A stretch of DNA of 64,000 nt from a virus. The position numbers and the translations under genes were made by a program. The stretch lies in IMG/VR virus record IMGVR_UViG_3300042516_005163, positions 11,140 through 75,139 of that record; one strand, 5' to 3'. A model generated the notes under the pieces. The model did not search any database, was not told the origin of the DNA, and saw nothing but the letters and a program-made list of their open reading frames with translations. Below are positions 40,545-49,645 of this stretch, in pieces (position 1 is the stretch's first letter; every line of letters starts with the position of its first letter).

Positions 40545-40769
40545 ATGAAAAACACAAAGAAGCTAAACATCAGTCGTGAATGGTACCGCAACTCTAACGT
40601 CCGCCCTAAGTCTTTCTTGGTGCGTATGGAGCGTAGTTCAAACGGTGAGTATCGTGTTGCAAATGCGTACGTTGAAAACGTCGTTAACCAGCATGAGTCT
40701 AAGTTCCAGCGCGTTGATGTCCGTGATCTTACATCTGATATCAAGCAGGGTACGATCTTCTCGTATTAA
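40545..40769 (+). CDS. Small hypothetical protein
   Basis: TATAAT upstream, terminator downstream. Confidence 0.6.
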   Translation: MKNTKKLNISREWYRNSNVRPKSFLVRMERSSNGEYRVANAYVENVVNQHESKFQRVDVRDLTSDIKQGTIFSY

Positions 40770-40793
40770 TACAATAACAAAATAACCAATATA

Positions 40794-40823
40794 CCTGGAG
40801 CGTTAACGCTCCAGGGCTTTTTT
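40794..40823 (+). terminator. Rho-independent terminator
   Basis: CCTGGAGCG-TTAA-CGCTCCAGG then gcTTTTTT. Confidence 0.85.
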
Positions 40824-40988
40824 ATGAAGAGTTTTTTCGTTTGGTGGTTTGTATTGATTGCAACAGTATTCATTTCAATAATTACCCGCACAATTTATAT
40901 AATTGCTAATGGTTTGTTAGATATGCATTTATTTTTTGAATGGTGCATGGCTAAAATAGCAGATTTAGCTGATAACCATATTGATTAA
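40824..40988 (+). CDS. Small membrane protein (not in ORF track)
   Basis: MKSFFVWWFVLIATVFISIITRTIYII..., 54 aa. Confidence 0.4.
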   Translation: MKSFFVWWFVLIATVFISIITRTIYIIANGLLDMHLFFEWCMAKIADLADNHID

Positions 40989-41013
40989 TGCTCACCTTCT
41001 AGTAAGTATCTTC

Positions 41014-41889
41014 ATGATACTTTTACTAGGAGCAACAGGTTATGTTGGTACTGCATTTAAAGAATATTTTGATACCAACAAAATAAACTATTGTACGTAT
41101 CAGATTAGATTTAATTTTGATGAACATAAATTAATTGAGTTCATTGCTGCAAATAAAGTTACTGCAATATTTAACTGTGCGGGTTATACTGGTAAGCCTA
41201 ATGTAGATACTTGTGAATCAAATAAAGTTGAAACACTTCAAGGTAATGCGTTTTTACCAAAACAATTAGATAAAATTTGCCGCAAGCTCTCAATTAAGTT
41301 AGTGCAAATTTCTTCTGGTTGCATTTATAATGACACACAATGTGAACAAGGTTTACCACCTGTTACAGAATCCAGAAATTTTGATACACCTAATTTTACA
41401 TTTCTCGATAAAAAAGCTTCTTGGTATAGTGGTACCAAAGCTTTAGGTGAAACATTAATCAATGACGGGTATAATTTAATTTGTAGACTGCGCATACCAT
41501 TTAATGGTGATATCAATCCACGCAATTATATCACAAAGATAGTCAACTACAGCAATTTGTTAAATAGCACCAATTCATTTTCTCAATTAGAAGAATTTGT
41601 TGCTGCTGTATACAAATTATATACACTCAATCTCGGTGGCATCTTTAATGTAACCCAACCTGGTTATATGACCACAAAAGAGGTTGTTGAACTTTTACAG
41701 AAACATGAAGTTATTACATGTGATAAACAATACTTCAAAAGTATTGAAGAGTTTGAATCAACATGCGCAGCCCCTCGTTCTAATTGCGTATTAGATAGTT
41801 CGTATACTGCATTGTATACTAAACTAACACCCATTAAACAAGCAATGGAAGAAGCAATTATTAAGTATAAACAACAACTACCAAAATGA
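41014..41889 (+). CDS. NDP-4-keto-6-deoxyglucose 3,5-epimerase/4-reductase (RmlD-like, NRS/ER type)
   Basis: LLGATGYVG, CAGYTGKPNVDTCE..K.ETL.GN, SSGCIY, YSGTK, LRIPF. Confidence 0.8.
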   Translation: MILLLGATGYVGTAFKEYFDTNKINYCTYQIRFNFDEHKLIEFIAANKVTAIFNCAGYTGKPNVDTCESNKVETLQGNAFLPKQLDKICRKLSIKLVQISSGCIYNDTQCEQGLPPVTESRNFDTPNFTFLDKKASWYSGTKALGETLINDGYNLICRLRIPFNGDINPRNYITKIVNYSNLLNSTNSFSQLEEFVAAVYKLYTLNLGGIFNVTQPGYMTTKEVVELLQKHEVITCDKQYFKSIEEFESTCAAPRSNCVLDSSYTALYTKLTPIKQAMEEAIIKYKQQLPK

Positions 41890-42038
41890 GTAACAATCAA
41901 GCAGGTAAAGGTGATAAATTACGCAAAGGTGCTGATTTGAAAAAATATTGGGATAATTACGATCGCATCTTCAACAAAGATAAGCAGAAGAATGAAAACC
42001 ATACTGAAACAACTAGCAAAGATAATACAAACAAGTGA
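41886..42038 (+). CDS. Small phage protein (GKGDK.R...NYDRIF; not in ORF track)
   Basis: MSNNQAGKGDKLRKGADLKKYWDNYDRIFNK; ATGA-coupled. Confidence 0.55.
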   Translation: MSNNQAGKGDKLRKGADLKKYWDNYDRIFNKDKQKNENHTETTSKDNTNK

Positions 42039-42128
42039 CACTGAAAGTTTACTAATGTTAGTATTAATTGTAGTAACTTGGTCATATCTAGGTTATATGA
42101 TTTTATCATTGTTACAATAAATACTTTT

Positions 42129-42353
42129 ATGAAAGACACTATTACATCTATTATTTCAACAAACAAAGGTTGGATCGTCCGCCAAGTTCTTAAATATGCC
42201 GCCATGGGTGGTGCTGCATTATCTACTTGGCTTGTTTCTAAAGGTGCAGATGCATCCAGCACTGAACTAATTATTTCAGGATTAGTTACGGTGGTATCTG
42301 GTAGCTTAGAACTTGTTTTTTCTAAGCTTGCATCTAAAGTTGCTGCTAAATGA
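42129..42353 (+). CDS. Putative holin
   Basis: 74 aa, two hydrophobic segments, basic C-term, first gene of lysis cassette, late promoter. Confidence 0.55.
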   Translation: MKDTITSIISTNKGWIVRQVLKYAAMGGAALSTWLVSKGADASSTELIISGLVTVVSGSLELVFSKLASKVAAK

Positions 42354-42625
42354 TAACAGTTTGGTTAGAAATAATTAAAAACCTACTTTTGGCTTTGACG
42401 GCTTATCTAAACCTCAAAGCCAAAACTTTTTGTATTGACTTGCATGAAAAATCCCATAAAAAACAAGATGAACTCGTTAATCAAATTCAAGGGCTTACTG
42501 CTAAGCCTAGCCCTGCCAATTCTGCTGCTGTTGCCCGCTTGCAGTTGCAATTGCAACAAGAACGCGAAAGGCTTGCAGATTTATCAGCCTACTGTCCTAA
42601 GAGTCCTCCCAAATCAAACCCTTAA
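42350..42625 (+). CDS. Putative i-spanin (Rz-like)
   Basis: N-terminal TM, coiled-coil, C-terminal Cys/Pro. Confidence 0.55.
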   Translation: MITVWLEIIKNLLLALTAYLNLKAKTFCIDLHEKSHKKQDELVNQIQGLTAKPSPANSAAVARLQLQLQQERERLADLSAYCPKSPPKSNP

Positions 42626-42755
42626 AACTTGCGATGGTACGTATACCACGCAAGGTGATAAGTGTGGTTTTGAAAGACTATATTCTGAACAAGAATACAT
42701 GCGTGTGGTAAATCTTTTAAATTACGGTGTGAAAGGTACTACACCTGCTAAATAA
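42468..42755 (+). CDS. Putative o-spanin lipoprotein (Rz1-like), overlapping in +1 frame
   Basis: MNSLIKFKGLLLSLALPILLLLPA|C signal/lipobox; starts inside upstream gene. Confidence 0.6.
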   Translation: MNSLIKFKGLLLSLALPILLLLPACSCNCNKNAKGLQIYQPTVLRVLPNQTLKTCDGTYTTQGDKCGFERLYSEQEYMRVVNLLNYGVKGTTPAK

Positions 42756-42761
42756 TAATAT

Positions 42762-43337
42762 ATGTCTAGTGAAGAAATTAAAAAAATGCAAGTTAAAATT
42801 GGCACCACACCAGATGGTTTTTGGGGTCCAAAAAGCCAAAAAGCTTGCCGTGATTATTTGAAGAGTTTAATGCCAAAACCGAATCCATGGCCAAGGTCAG
42901 ATCAAAATTCTTTGCGCAGATTTTACGGGCAACCCGGAGATGAATCAAATCTTGTTGTTGTGGATTTTCCATTTCAAACCTTTTATCAAGGCAAAGTGGT
43001 TAGAAAATTTCGATGCCATAAAAAAGTCGCTAATTCTTTGTTGCGTGTTTTAACAAATATCAATTCAAAATACAGCAAAAGCCGACAAATAATGGAAGAA
43101 GCTGAAGATTTTGGTGGTGTCTATAATTTCAGAAACAAACGAGGCGGCACATCTTTGAGTTTACATGCTTGGGGTGCAGCAATTGATCTTGATGCTGATG
43201 ACAATACTTTCCGAGATTCTTGGCCCATGAAAGCTGACATGCCGCTGGAAGTTATGGAAGAATTTGCAAAAGAGGGGTGGTTGAGTGCTGGTGCTTTTTG
43301 GGGTTATGATGCAATGCACTTCCAAGCTACCCAATGA
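42762..43337 (+). CDS. Endolysin, M15 family Zn peptidase with short PG-binding N-terminus
   Basis: PDGFWGPKS; GGVYNFR, SLHAWGAAID, DAMHFQ. Confidence 0.85.
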   Translation: MSSEEIKKMQVKIGTTPDGFWGPKSQKACRDYLKSLMPKPNPWPRSDQNSLRRFYGQPGDESNLVVVDFPFQTFYQGKVVRKFRCHKKVANSLLRVLTNINSKYSKSRQIMEEAEDFGGVYNFRNKRGGTSLSLHAWGAAIDLDADDNTFRDSWPMKADMPLEVMEEFAKEGWLSAGAFWGYDAMHFQATQ

Positions 43338-43366
43338 TTGTTTAAATTAACAGTTGATATTCTATA

Positions 43367-43382
43367 GGAAATACACTATAAT
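43367..43382 (+). promoter_or_regulatory. GGAAA-N5-TATAAT promoter with TTGATA -35
   Basis: GGAAA tacac TATAAT, 6 nt to ATG 43389. Confidence 0.75.
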
Positions 43383-43388
43383 TAGTGT

Positions 43389-44285
43389 ATGAAAAAACAG
43401 AAAATTATCTTGACCCGTGGTCTGCCTGCGAGCGGCAAAACTTCATGGAGCAAGGAGCAGGTTGCCAAAAGCAATGGCAAGGTGAAGCGCGTCAACAAGG
43501 ATGATCTTAGAGAAATGGTAGACAATGGCATTTGGTCCAAGACCAATGAGCAGATGATTCTCAATGCTCGTGACGCTCTTGTTACTCTCTTTATTAGCAA
43601 CAAAGATGTGGAAGCTGTGATTGTTGATGATACCAACTTTGAAGAGAAACATTTTAATACCATGGTTGGGTTTGCTGATGCATTCAACCGTCTCCACAAC
43701 AACAACAGAGACATTACCGTTGAATACAAGGACTTCTTGGATGTGTCTCTTGATGAGTGTCTGCATCGTGATTCTTTGCGTACCAAACCTGTTGGTGAAA
43801 AGGTCATCAAGGGAATGCATCAGCGTTATATTTTACCAACTATTCAAGATGTGTTTACAAATGTCAAAAATGGTAATACAATTATCTGTGATATTGACGG
43901 ATGTGCAGCACATCGTTGTGATCGTAACTGGTTTGAATATGACAAGGTCATCAATGATGAGCCAGATTTTGCAGTTCGCAACATTGTAAATGCTTTTTAT
44001 GATAAAGGGTATAATATTCTCTTTGTATCAGGCCGTGAAGGCACAGCGATTTGTAGAGAGCTCACTCAACGCTGGCTTAACGAGAATGGATTTAAACACC
44101 ATGCTCTTTATATGCGCAAAGAGGGGGATTATAGAAGAGATTCTATTGTCAAGAAGGAAATCTATGACGAGCAGATCAAAGATAAATATGTTGTTGAATT
44201 TGTTCTAGACGATCGCAGCAGCGTCGTCGCAACTTGGCGTGAAATTGGGCTTAAATGTCTTCAAGTCCAACCGGGTGATTTTTGA
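43389..44285 (+). CDS. pseT: Polynucleotide 5'-kinase/3'-phosphatase
   Basis: GLPASGKT, NKDDLR, DDTN; HAD DIDG, SGR, DDR, CLQV..GDF. Confidence 0.92.
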   Translation: MKKQKIILTRGLPASGKTSWSKEQVAKSNGKVKRVNKDDLREMVDNGIWSKTNEQMILNARDALVTLFISNKDVEAVIVDDTNFEEKHFNTMVGFADAFNRLHNNNRDITVEYKDFLDVSLDECLHRDSLRTKPVGEKVIKGMHQRYILPTIQDVFTNVKNGNTIICDIDGCAAHRCDRNWFEYDKVINDEPDFAVRNIVNAFYDKGYNILFVSGREGTAICRELTQRWLNENGFKHHALYMRKEGDYRRDSIVKKEIYDEQIKDKYVVEFVLDDRSSVVATWREIGLKCLQVQPGDF

Positions 44286-45213
44286 GTCTACCAGGTATTA
44301 GATTACAGGCTGCTGCTTCTTCTGGTAGCAGCCTGTAATTTTTAATACCATCGTTAAAAAAACGAGTATTAGGCCTTGCAAAACCACCTCTATTCTTCTG
44401 TATATAATGCCTGCCGCATCTCCACCCATTTTTAATAAGTTCTTCTGCTTCTGGATGTGACACTTTTTTTGTTTGAACTCCATCTGTAACACAGACGCCT
44501 CTTGATTTGTTGTGCGTGCTCTTCATATTATCTAGTGCTATTTTAGAAAATACTCTGCCTTTTTTAGCACCCTGTTGAAGATATAATTCTACTTCACTTT
44601 TAACAACTTGAAAAGCTTTATCTGCACCCGGAAAATGCATCCAAACAAACCCTGCGCGTTCTTTGTTTGCATTTACTCTAGACTGTCTTGCGCTATCTGT
44701 TGATGCGGCACCTTTTACCCAGCCACACCTCATATAATTATCAAGCTCTTCTTTTGGTATTTCTTTAGTAATACCATCCTTTTTAACTCTCACTTTATTA
44801 CTACGAATAGTTTTCATTAATGTAGATACATTTTTTCTAAAATGTTCAAATAAATGTGAATTAATATATCGTTTGCTGTTCATTGAAGGTGCATTATTCG
44901 ACATTTTTCCAAACGCACTCAACATACTAAAATATTTGTCTGTTCCCTTATAAATTTTGCACAGCAGAAAGTGACAAATGAAGTGCTCACGGGCCGTTAA
45001 AAATACAATATTGCTTTTTGTTTTTTCAAATTTCTTATCTACACTTCTTGGGATGATGTGGTGAGCTTCTACATACCCAAAATCTTTATTAAGTTGTTTC
45101 CTGTTATAGCCTCTTTGTGCTCCTTTACTACATATGCTCAAGTACCATTTTTGATACTTGGATTGTTTTGTAGTATATTGAAAATGTAAAATAAAAGTTG
45201 AAATATCATTCAT
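44251..45213 (-). mobile_element. Free-standing HNH homing endonuclease with repeated DNA-binding modules
   Basis: YVEAHHIIPRS..NIVFLTAREHFICHFLL; repeated DG..K.V..E......GW..G modules; antisense overlap with pseT end. Confidence 0.85.
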
Positions 45214-45257
45214 AATATATTATATTTATTCTTGACCGCACATTATCACATAGATTT

Positions 45258-45686
45258 ATGGAAAAGGAAATTAACTTACTAGCAACAACAGATGCTTCTG
45301 TTTGGGCATCTGAATTTAAGAAAATTCTCGACAAACAAGGGGTTCATCTAATTAAAGATGAAGATTGGCTACACACATGGTTTGCTAATGCCATCATGTG
45401 CGGATATGATCATGGTTGTAGCGATCGAGATAATCAATACATTTACATCTTAAAATCTCATACAGGTGAAATTGTAAAGATTTATGATTTTGAACCAACA
45501 AGTTATGAGATGGATAGAGATTATTATACATACTTGAATCAACCATCTACAGGCTATAGTGTAGGAATTGCAGGTTGGAATTGTATTTTGTATAGATGGC
45601 GCAAAATTGATACCTACTTAAAAGATCAGCCAATTCAAGTTTGGAATGGTAAAGCTGAAACAGCATATAACTGGAAAGAAATTTAA
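45258..45686 (+). CDS. Hypothetical protein
   Basis: DASVWA.EF...WFANAIMCGYD phage motif. Confidence 0.6.
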   Translation: MEKEINLLATTDASVWASEFKKILDKQGVHLIKDEDWLHTWFANAIMCGYDHGCSDRDNQYIYILKSHTGEIVKIYDFEPTSYEMDRDYYTYLNQPSTGYSVGIAGWNCILYRWRKIDTYLKDQPIQVWNGKAETAYNWKEI

Positions 45687-45689
45687 TTT

Positions 45690-46154
45690 ATGAGCTTACT
45701 ACAATATGCAAAAGATGAATTGGATCGAATTGGCATGACTGCTGATGGTGATGAGTATAATGCAATGATGCGCAATCACATCTTGCACATGGTAGAGGAA
45801 TTTAGCAAAGAAGGTCATTCTGGTTTCTCTGCTAATTATGCCATCAGTTGTTTGCAGAAGTTACTGCGCTTTGAGCCACTATCACCTCTTACAGGGGAAG
45901 ATAGTGAGTGGGAGAGTGTGCGACATCTTGGTGATGATCCACATTATCAAAATAAACGTTGCAGCAGAGTCTTTAAAGACAAAGATGGTAATTGCTATGA
46001 CATTGAAGGTTATGTTTATTACAACTGGGCAACAGATGAAGATGGTAACAAGTACAAAAGCTGTTTCACTGGAGGTAATAAGCCCTGCAAAGCTGTTACA
46101 TTCCCATATACACCCACAACTGAATACATAGAAGATACCCAAGCAAATGTTTGA
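45690..46154 (+). CDS. Conserved phage hypothetical protein
   Basis: EGHSGFSA..LLRFEPLSPLTGEDSEW..QNKRCS. Confidence 0.7.
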   Translation: MSLLQYAKDELDRIGMTADGDEYNAMMRNHILHMVEEFSKEGHSGFSANYAISCLQKLLRFEPLSPLTGEDSEWESVRHLGDDPHYQNKRCSRVFKDKDGNCYDIEGYVYYNWATDEDGNKYKSCFTGGNKPCKAVTFPYTPTTEYIEDTQANV

Positions 46155-46569
46155 CAAAACATACAACACTTACGATAATAGCATTGATTTTCCTGATGAA
46201 ATTAATGTAAATCATAATTATGCTCCAACTACCAAGCAGATTAAACTGCTGAGAGAAATGGAGAAAGAAGTTAAGGATAGTGTTTTGGATTTGGTTAAAA
46301 TTCAAGATAATAAATTAAACTTTAATTTCTTCATTCGATGCAACAATGACTGTTTTAATCAATATGAGTATGTAATCGTATACACTCTCAATGGTGAAGA
46401 ACGCAAAGTCTCCCATACATTTGAAACTGTAAGTCAGAGTCCTAAAGAAGCACTCAAAGCAGTATTTGATAAAATGTCAAATGATGTAGTAAACTGCTGC
46501 ATTAGTAAAAATGCAGAGAAAATAATGAACTCGTTGAGCAAAGTGTTCTCAACCAAACAATTCAAATGA
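46147..46569 (+). CDS. Hypothetical protein
   Basis: Coupled ORF in gene train. Confidence 0.55.
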   Translation: MFDKTYNTYDNSIDFPDEINVNHNYAPTTKQIKLLREMEKEVKDSVLDLVKIQDNKLNFNFFIRCNNDCFNQYEYVIVYTLNGEERKVSHTFETVSQSPKEALKAVFDKMSNDVVNCCISKNAEKIMNSLSKVFSTKQFK

Positions 46570-47357
46570 GACATTTTCACTGCATAAGATCAGAGGGTGA
46601 GCATAAAGGGTGGCGCTGTTGGTTGTATCCTTTTGCTAACGTTCTTGGATCACATCACGACAAGTTCAACATTGGCATTGAGTTTTACCCCTGGACTGAC
46701 AACGGGTTGCCAGGCATTAGTTTTGGATTGAGAGCTGATCCAGAAAGCACTATTCATGGTTCAATTAAAATTCCATTTTTGCTTGCTCTGTATGTGCACA
46801 TTGATGCAGGCATGCTGGGTTACAAGCCATGGTGGCGCAAGCTATTGAGGTTGAGCGAAGATAGAAAGTATGATGGACGCAATTGGGGTATTCGCTGGTC
46901 ACCAAGTTACGGCTGCATTGATGGAGGCTCCATTGATATTAATCTTGGATCTTACGACAATTGTTGGTCATCAAAAGATCCTAAATGGTTGAGCATGCAT
47001 TTTTATCCACAGCGCATTTTGTGTGGCAAAACTACTTACACTGAACATGATAATGGAACTACTGAGCACAAAGTCTTAATCAAAGGCAATAGAGATTATC
47101 CTGACAAAGAGTATACTTTGAGTTGCAAAGAATACATCTCAACATGGACTTGGAAGCGTTTCAAAAAACCACTTGTTATAACTCGTTATGATGTTAATAG
47201 TAATGAGGGTATTCCACATCCTGGCAAAGGTACTGCATGTTACAACTGTGATGAAGGTAGCTTTTCAGGACAAACATGTCCGGCAGAAAGTAGACAAAAT
47301 GCAGTTGATAAGTTTGTAGAGCAAGCATATTGGTATAGGAAGAATTACCCTCTATAA
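46566..47357 (+). CDS. Hypothetical protein
   Basis: 263 aa, ATGA-coupled. Confidence 0.6.
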   Translation: MRHFHCIRSEGEHKGWRCWLYPFANVLGSHHDKFNIGIEFYPWTDNGLPGISFGLRADPESTIHGSIKIPFLLALYVHIDAGMLGYKPWWRKLLRLSEDRKYDGRNWGIRWSPSYGCIDGGSIDINLGSYDNCWSSKDPKWLSMHFYPQRILCGKTTYTEHDNGTTEHKVLIKGNRDYPDKEYTLSCKEYISTWTWKRFKKPLVITRYDVNSNEGIPHPGKGTACYNCDEGSFSGQTCPAESRQNAVDKFVEQAYWYRKNYPL

Positions 47358-47362
47358 TCTAA

Positions 47363-47378
47363 GGAAAATAGATACAAT
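47363..47378 (+). promoter_or_regulatory. GGAAA-N5-TACAAT promoter
   Basis: GGAAA ataga TACAAT, 6 nt to ATG 47385. Confidence 0.7.
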
Positions 47379-47384
47379 TAATAT

Positions 47385-47588
47385 ATGGCACTAACAGATT
47401 GTCCCAAATGCTGGATGGTAGAAGAGCACTGCAATTGCAATTTACACGCCAAATTTTACAGCAAAGAAGAAGTTGATAAATTAACATCTGAAGCTTATAA
47501 TCAAGGCTATGAAGATGGTAAAGTATTCTTCTACGGTATGACAAGTAAGGATGAAGAAAGAGTTAAACAAATAGCAAAAACATTATGA
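47385..47588 (+). CDS. Small Cys-containing hypothetical protein
   Basis: MALTDCPKCW..C.C. Confidence 0.55.
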   Translation: MALTDCPKCWMVEEHCNCNLHAKFYSKEEVDKLTSEAYNQGYEDGKVFFYGMTSKDEERVKQIAKTL

Positions 47589-47734
47589 ACGAAGAAACAG
47601 TAACAATCAGTAAAAAAGAATACGAAAGCCTCAAAGAAGACGCTCGCTGGCTTCAATGCTTGGAAAATGCAGGCGTTGATAATTGGGAGGGCTATGATTA
47701 TGCACGTGAACTTTGGAGAGAAGAAAATGACTAA
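47585..47734 (+). CDS. Small acidic GVDNWEGY protein, possible RecBCD inhibitor (not in ORF track)
   Basis: MNEETVTISKKEYESLKEDARWLQCLENAGVDNWEGYDYARELWREEND. Confidence 0.55.
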   Translation: MNEETVTISKKEYESLKEDARWLQCLENAGVDNWEGYDYARELWREEND

Positions 47735-48056
47735 ACATTCAATTTATTGTAACGGCGAACATCACAGCATTGACGAAGCACTAAAAATGCTTACTGATGA
47801 GTGGATTGATGATGGCAATTACTGTGCTCAAACTGTCATTGATTTGAGAGACGCTCTCAAATACTATATCAAGAAAACAGATAAACTCGAAAATGATCTA
47901 GATAAATTTCGTGAAGCTGTAAAATCCTCTCATGATGTTTTGTTAACAGTTGTGAATGAATGTAATCTTTTCTACAAAGAAAGCGCAGACATTGACAGCT
48001 ATACAGTGAGTGATTGTCATTCAGTTCTTGATAAGATCAAGCAGCTACGTTATTAA
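47727..48056 (+). CDS. Hypothetical protein, C-terminal domain shared with 55858-56223
   Basis: KFREAVKSSHDVLLTVVNECNLFYKESADID. Confidence 0.6.
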   Translation: MTKHSIYCNGEHHSIDEALKMLTDEWIDDGNYCAQTVIDLRDALKYYIKKTDKLENDLDKFREAVKSSHDVLLTVVNECNLFYKESADIDSYTVSDCHSVLDKIKQLRY

Positions 48057-48062
48057 TAACAT

Positions 48063-48320
48063 ATGACTAAATTAGAGCAAATAAACCAAGTCTTTGCGTT
48101 TGATTATAAGACAACTATGCGAATTAAGAAAGAAGATGCAAAAGATATTCTTCTCAATAATCGTAGTTTTACAACTGCTGGTAGTGTACGTTATTTTGTA
48201 ATAAGAGATTTAGGTCTAGGTGTGTGTGAAATTGGGTTGAGAGGACCGAATGATATAAATACATTTTTTGTATCTAACGTTGAACATTGGCTAAAAGAAC
48301 GAAAATGGACAACTTTGTAA
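48063..48320 (+). CDS. Hypothetical protein
   Basis: 85 aa in gene train. Confidence 0.5.
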   Translation: MTKLEQINQVFAFDYKTTMRIKKEDAKDILLNNRSFTTAGSVRYFVIRDLGLGVCEIGLRGPNDINTFFVSNVEHWLKERKWTTL

Positions 48321-48327
48321 TTGAATT

Positions 48328-48588
48328 ATGAGTACTGAATCATATATTAATGAAACTACTCGCAAACTATGTGAGAGCTATGAACAACGAAACTTTGGTG
48401 TTCGTTTTTCAGGTCATGGTAGTTCATTCATTCCACAACATCCAATTTGCAATAAAACATTTGAAGATGCAAAGCAAGAAGCTATTGAATGGGAATTGAG
48501 AGCAGATACAATTGGTGGTCGCTCTGAAATTGTGGAGGATTTAGGAAATAACCAATATAAAGAATATCATAGCGGCTATAATTTTTAA
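48328..48588 (+). CDS. Hypothetical protein, paralog of 56720-56971
   Basis: RNFGVRFSGHGSSFIP and LRADTIGGRSEIVEDLGNNQY identical in both. Confidence 0.7.
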   Translation: MSTESYINETTRKLCESYEQRNFGVRFSGHGSSFIPQHPICNKTFEDAKQEAIEWELRADTIGGRSEIVEDLGNNQYKEYHSGYNF

Positions 48589-48590
48589 TT

Positions 48591-48785
48591 ATGGATTTTA
48601 ATACATGTTACACAAGCAACATCATCTGCCCTCATTGTGGTTACGAAGACAAAGACTCATGGGAGGTGGATTTTGGTCCAAGCTTAGATGGTGATACAAC
48701 TGTGTATTGCGGCAGATGTGAAGAAGAGTTTAATGTGAGTAGAAATGTAGAAGTCAGCTACACTAGTTTTCCAATCAAAAAATAA
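48591..48785 (+). CDS. Acidic zinc-ribbon protein, paralog of 56961-57149
   Basis: CPHCG..DSWE..CGRC. Confidence 0.7.
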   Translation: MDFNTCYTSNIICPHCGYEDKDSWEVDFGPSLDGDTTVYCGRCEEEFNVSRNVEVSYTSFPIKK

Positions 48786-48786
48786 C

Positions 48787-49002
48787 ATGGAACAAGAATA
48801 TATTATCGAGTATTATCCTCCAAGAAACGCAGGTGGTCAGCATGTTGGTATTATTTCAAAAGGTATAAAAATTACGCACATTCCTTCTGGACTAATTGCT
48901 ATTTGTGATATGGGGCGTTCTCAAATGAGAAACAAAGAAACTGCAATGAGAATGATTGCTGCTGGTTTAAATCAGTTGACAAGAGAAGGAAACTCTCTAT
49001 AA
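48787..49002 (+). CDS. Stand-alone class I release factor GGQ (peptidyl-tRNA hydrolase) domain
   Basis: AGGQHV..IKITHIPSGLIAIC..RSQMRNKETA aligns with RF1/RF2 domain 3. Confidence 0.85.
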   Translation: MEQEYIIEYYPPRNAGGQHVGIISKGIKITHIPSGLIAICDMGRSQMRNKETAMRMIAAGLNQLTREGNSL

Positions 49003-49003
49003 T
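48988..49003 (+). promoter_or_regulatory. GGAAA-N5-TATAAT promoter with TTGACA -35
   Basis: TTGACA 48976-81; GGAAA ctctc TATAAT, 6 nt to ATG 49010. Confidence 0.75.
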
Positions 49004-49009
49004 AAAAAC

Positions 49010-49363
49010 ATGAGCCACAAAATCATTGAAAAAGAAATCTCTTGGAATGACTTCATTGCATTCTTGTTCACCTCTACAGTGCTAGAATATGATGGATACT
49101 GCTTTGATATTAACAGAGTTCGTTTGGAGAAGGACAATATTGTAATTTATAATGGCCCTTATGTGTGGTCTTTGCTTAGAAAGGAAGATAATGAAATTAT
49201 CAAGTACGGGCTTGGTAGTTTTTATTTTAACAAAAGAGAATATGATCAAATAGAATCAGAAGAAACTGATTATGATGGTTATTCAATTCTACAAGATTCA
49301 ACAACATACAAGCTTGTTGAAAAAGAAATTAAACTCCATCAGCTAAAACACTATGAATTTTAA
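49010..49363 (+). CDS. Hypothetical protein
   Basis: 117 aa with promoter. Confidence 0.55.
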   Translation: MSHKIIEKEISWNDFIAFLFTSTVLEYDGYCFDINRVRLEKDNIVIYNGPYVWSLLRKEDNEIIKYGLGSFYFNKREYDQIESEETDYDGYSILQDSTTYKLVEKEIKLHQLKHYEF

Positions 49364-49616
49364 AGAAACAAAATTCGCATACCGTCACAAACCAACAGGC
49401 AAGTGGGTGTTTATTGAGACGTTCTCAAATGAACCCAAATTTGTTTTAATGCATTTTGTTGATGATTTTTGTTCTGATATAATTTACAGTGCAAGAAACA
49501 TCATTGAAGAAGATTTGATGCGTAGTCGCTACAAAGGTGAGAGATATGCTGCTCAAAACTTTCTTGAGTTTGAACTTGTGGAAATTGAAATTGAGTATAA
49601 AATTAAAACTAGTTGA
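49353..49616 (+). CDS. Hypothetical protein
   Basis: FAYRHKPTGKW. Confidence 0.55.
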   Translation: MNFKETKFAYRHKPTGKWVFIETFSNEPKFVLMHFVDDFCSDIIYSARNIIEEDLMRSRYKGERYAAQNFLEFELVEIEIEYKIKTS

Positions 49617-49624
49617 GATAATAA

Positions 49625-49640
49625 GGAAAATGACTATAAT
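49625..49640 (+). promoter_or_regulatory. GGAAA-N5-TATAAT promoter with TTGAGA -35
   Basis: GGAAA atgac TATAAT, 5 nt to ATG 49646. Confidence 0.75.
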
Positions 49641-49645
49641 AAGGT

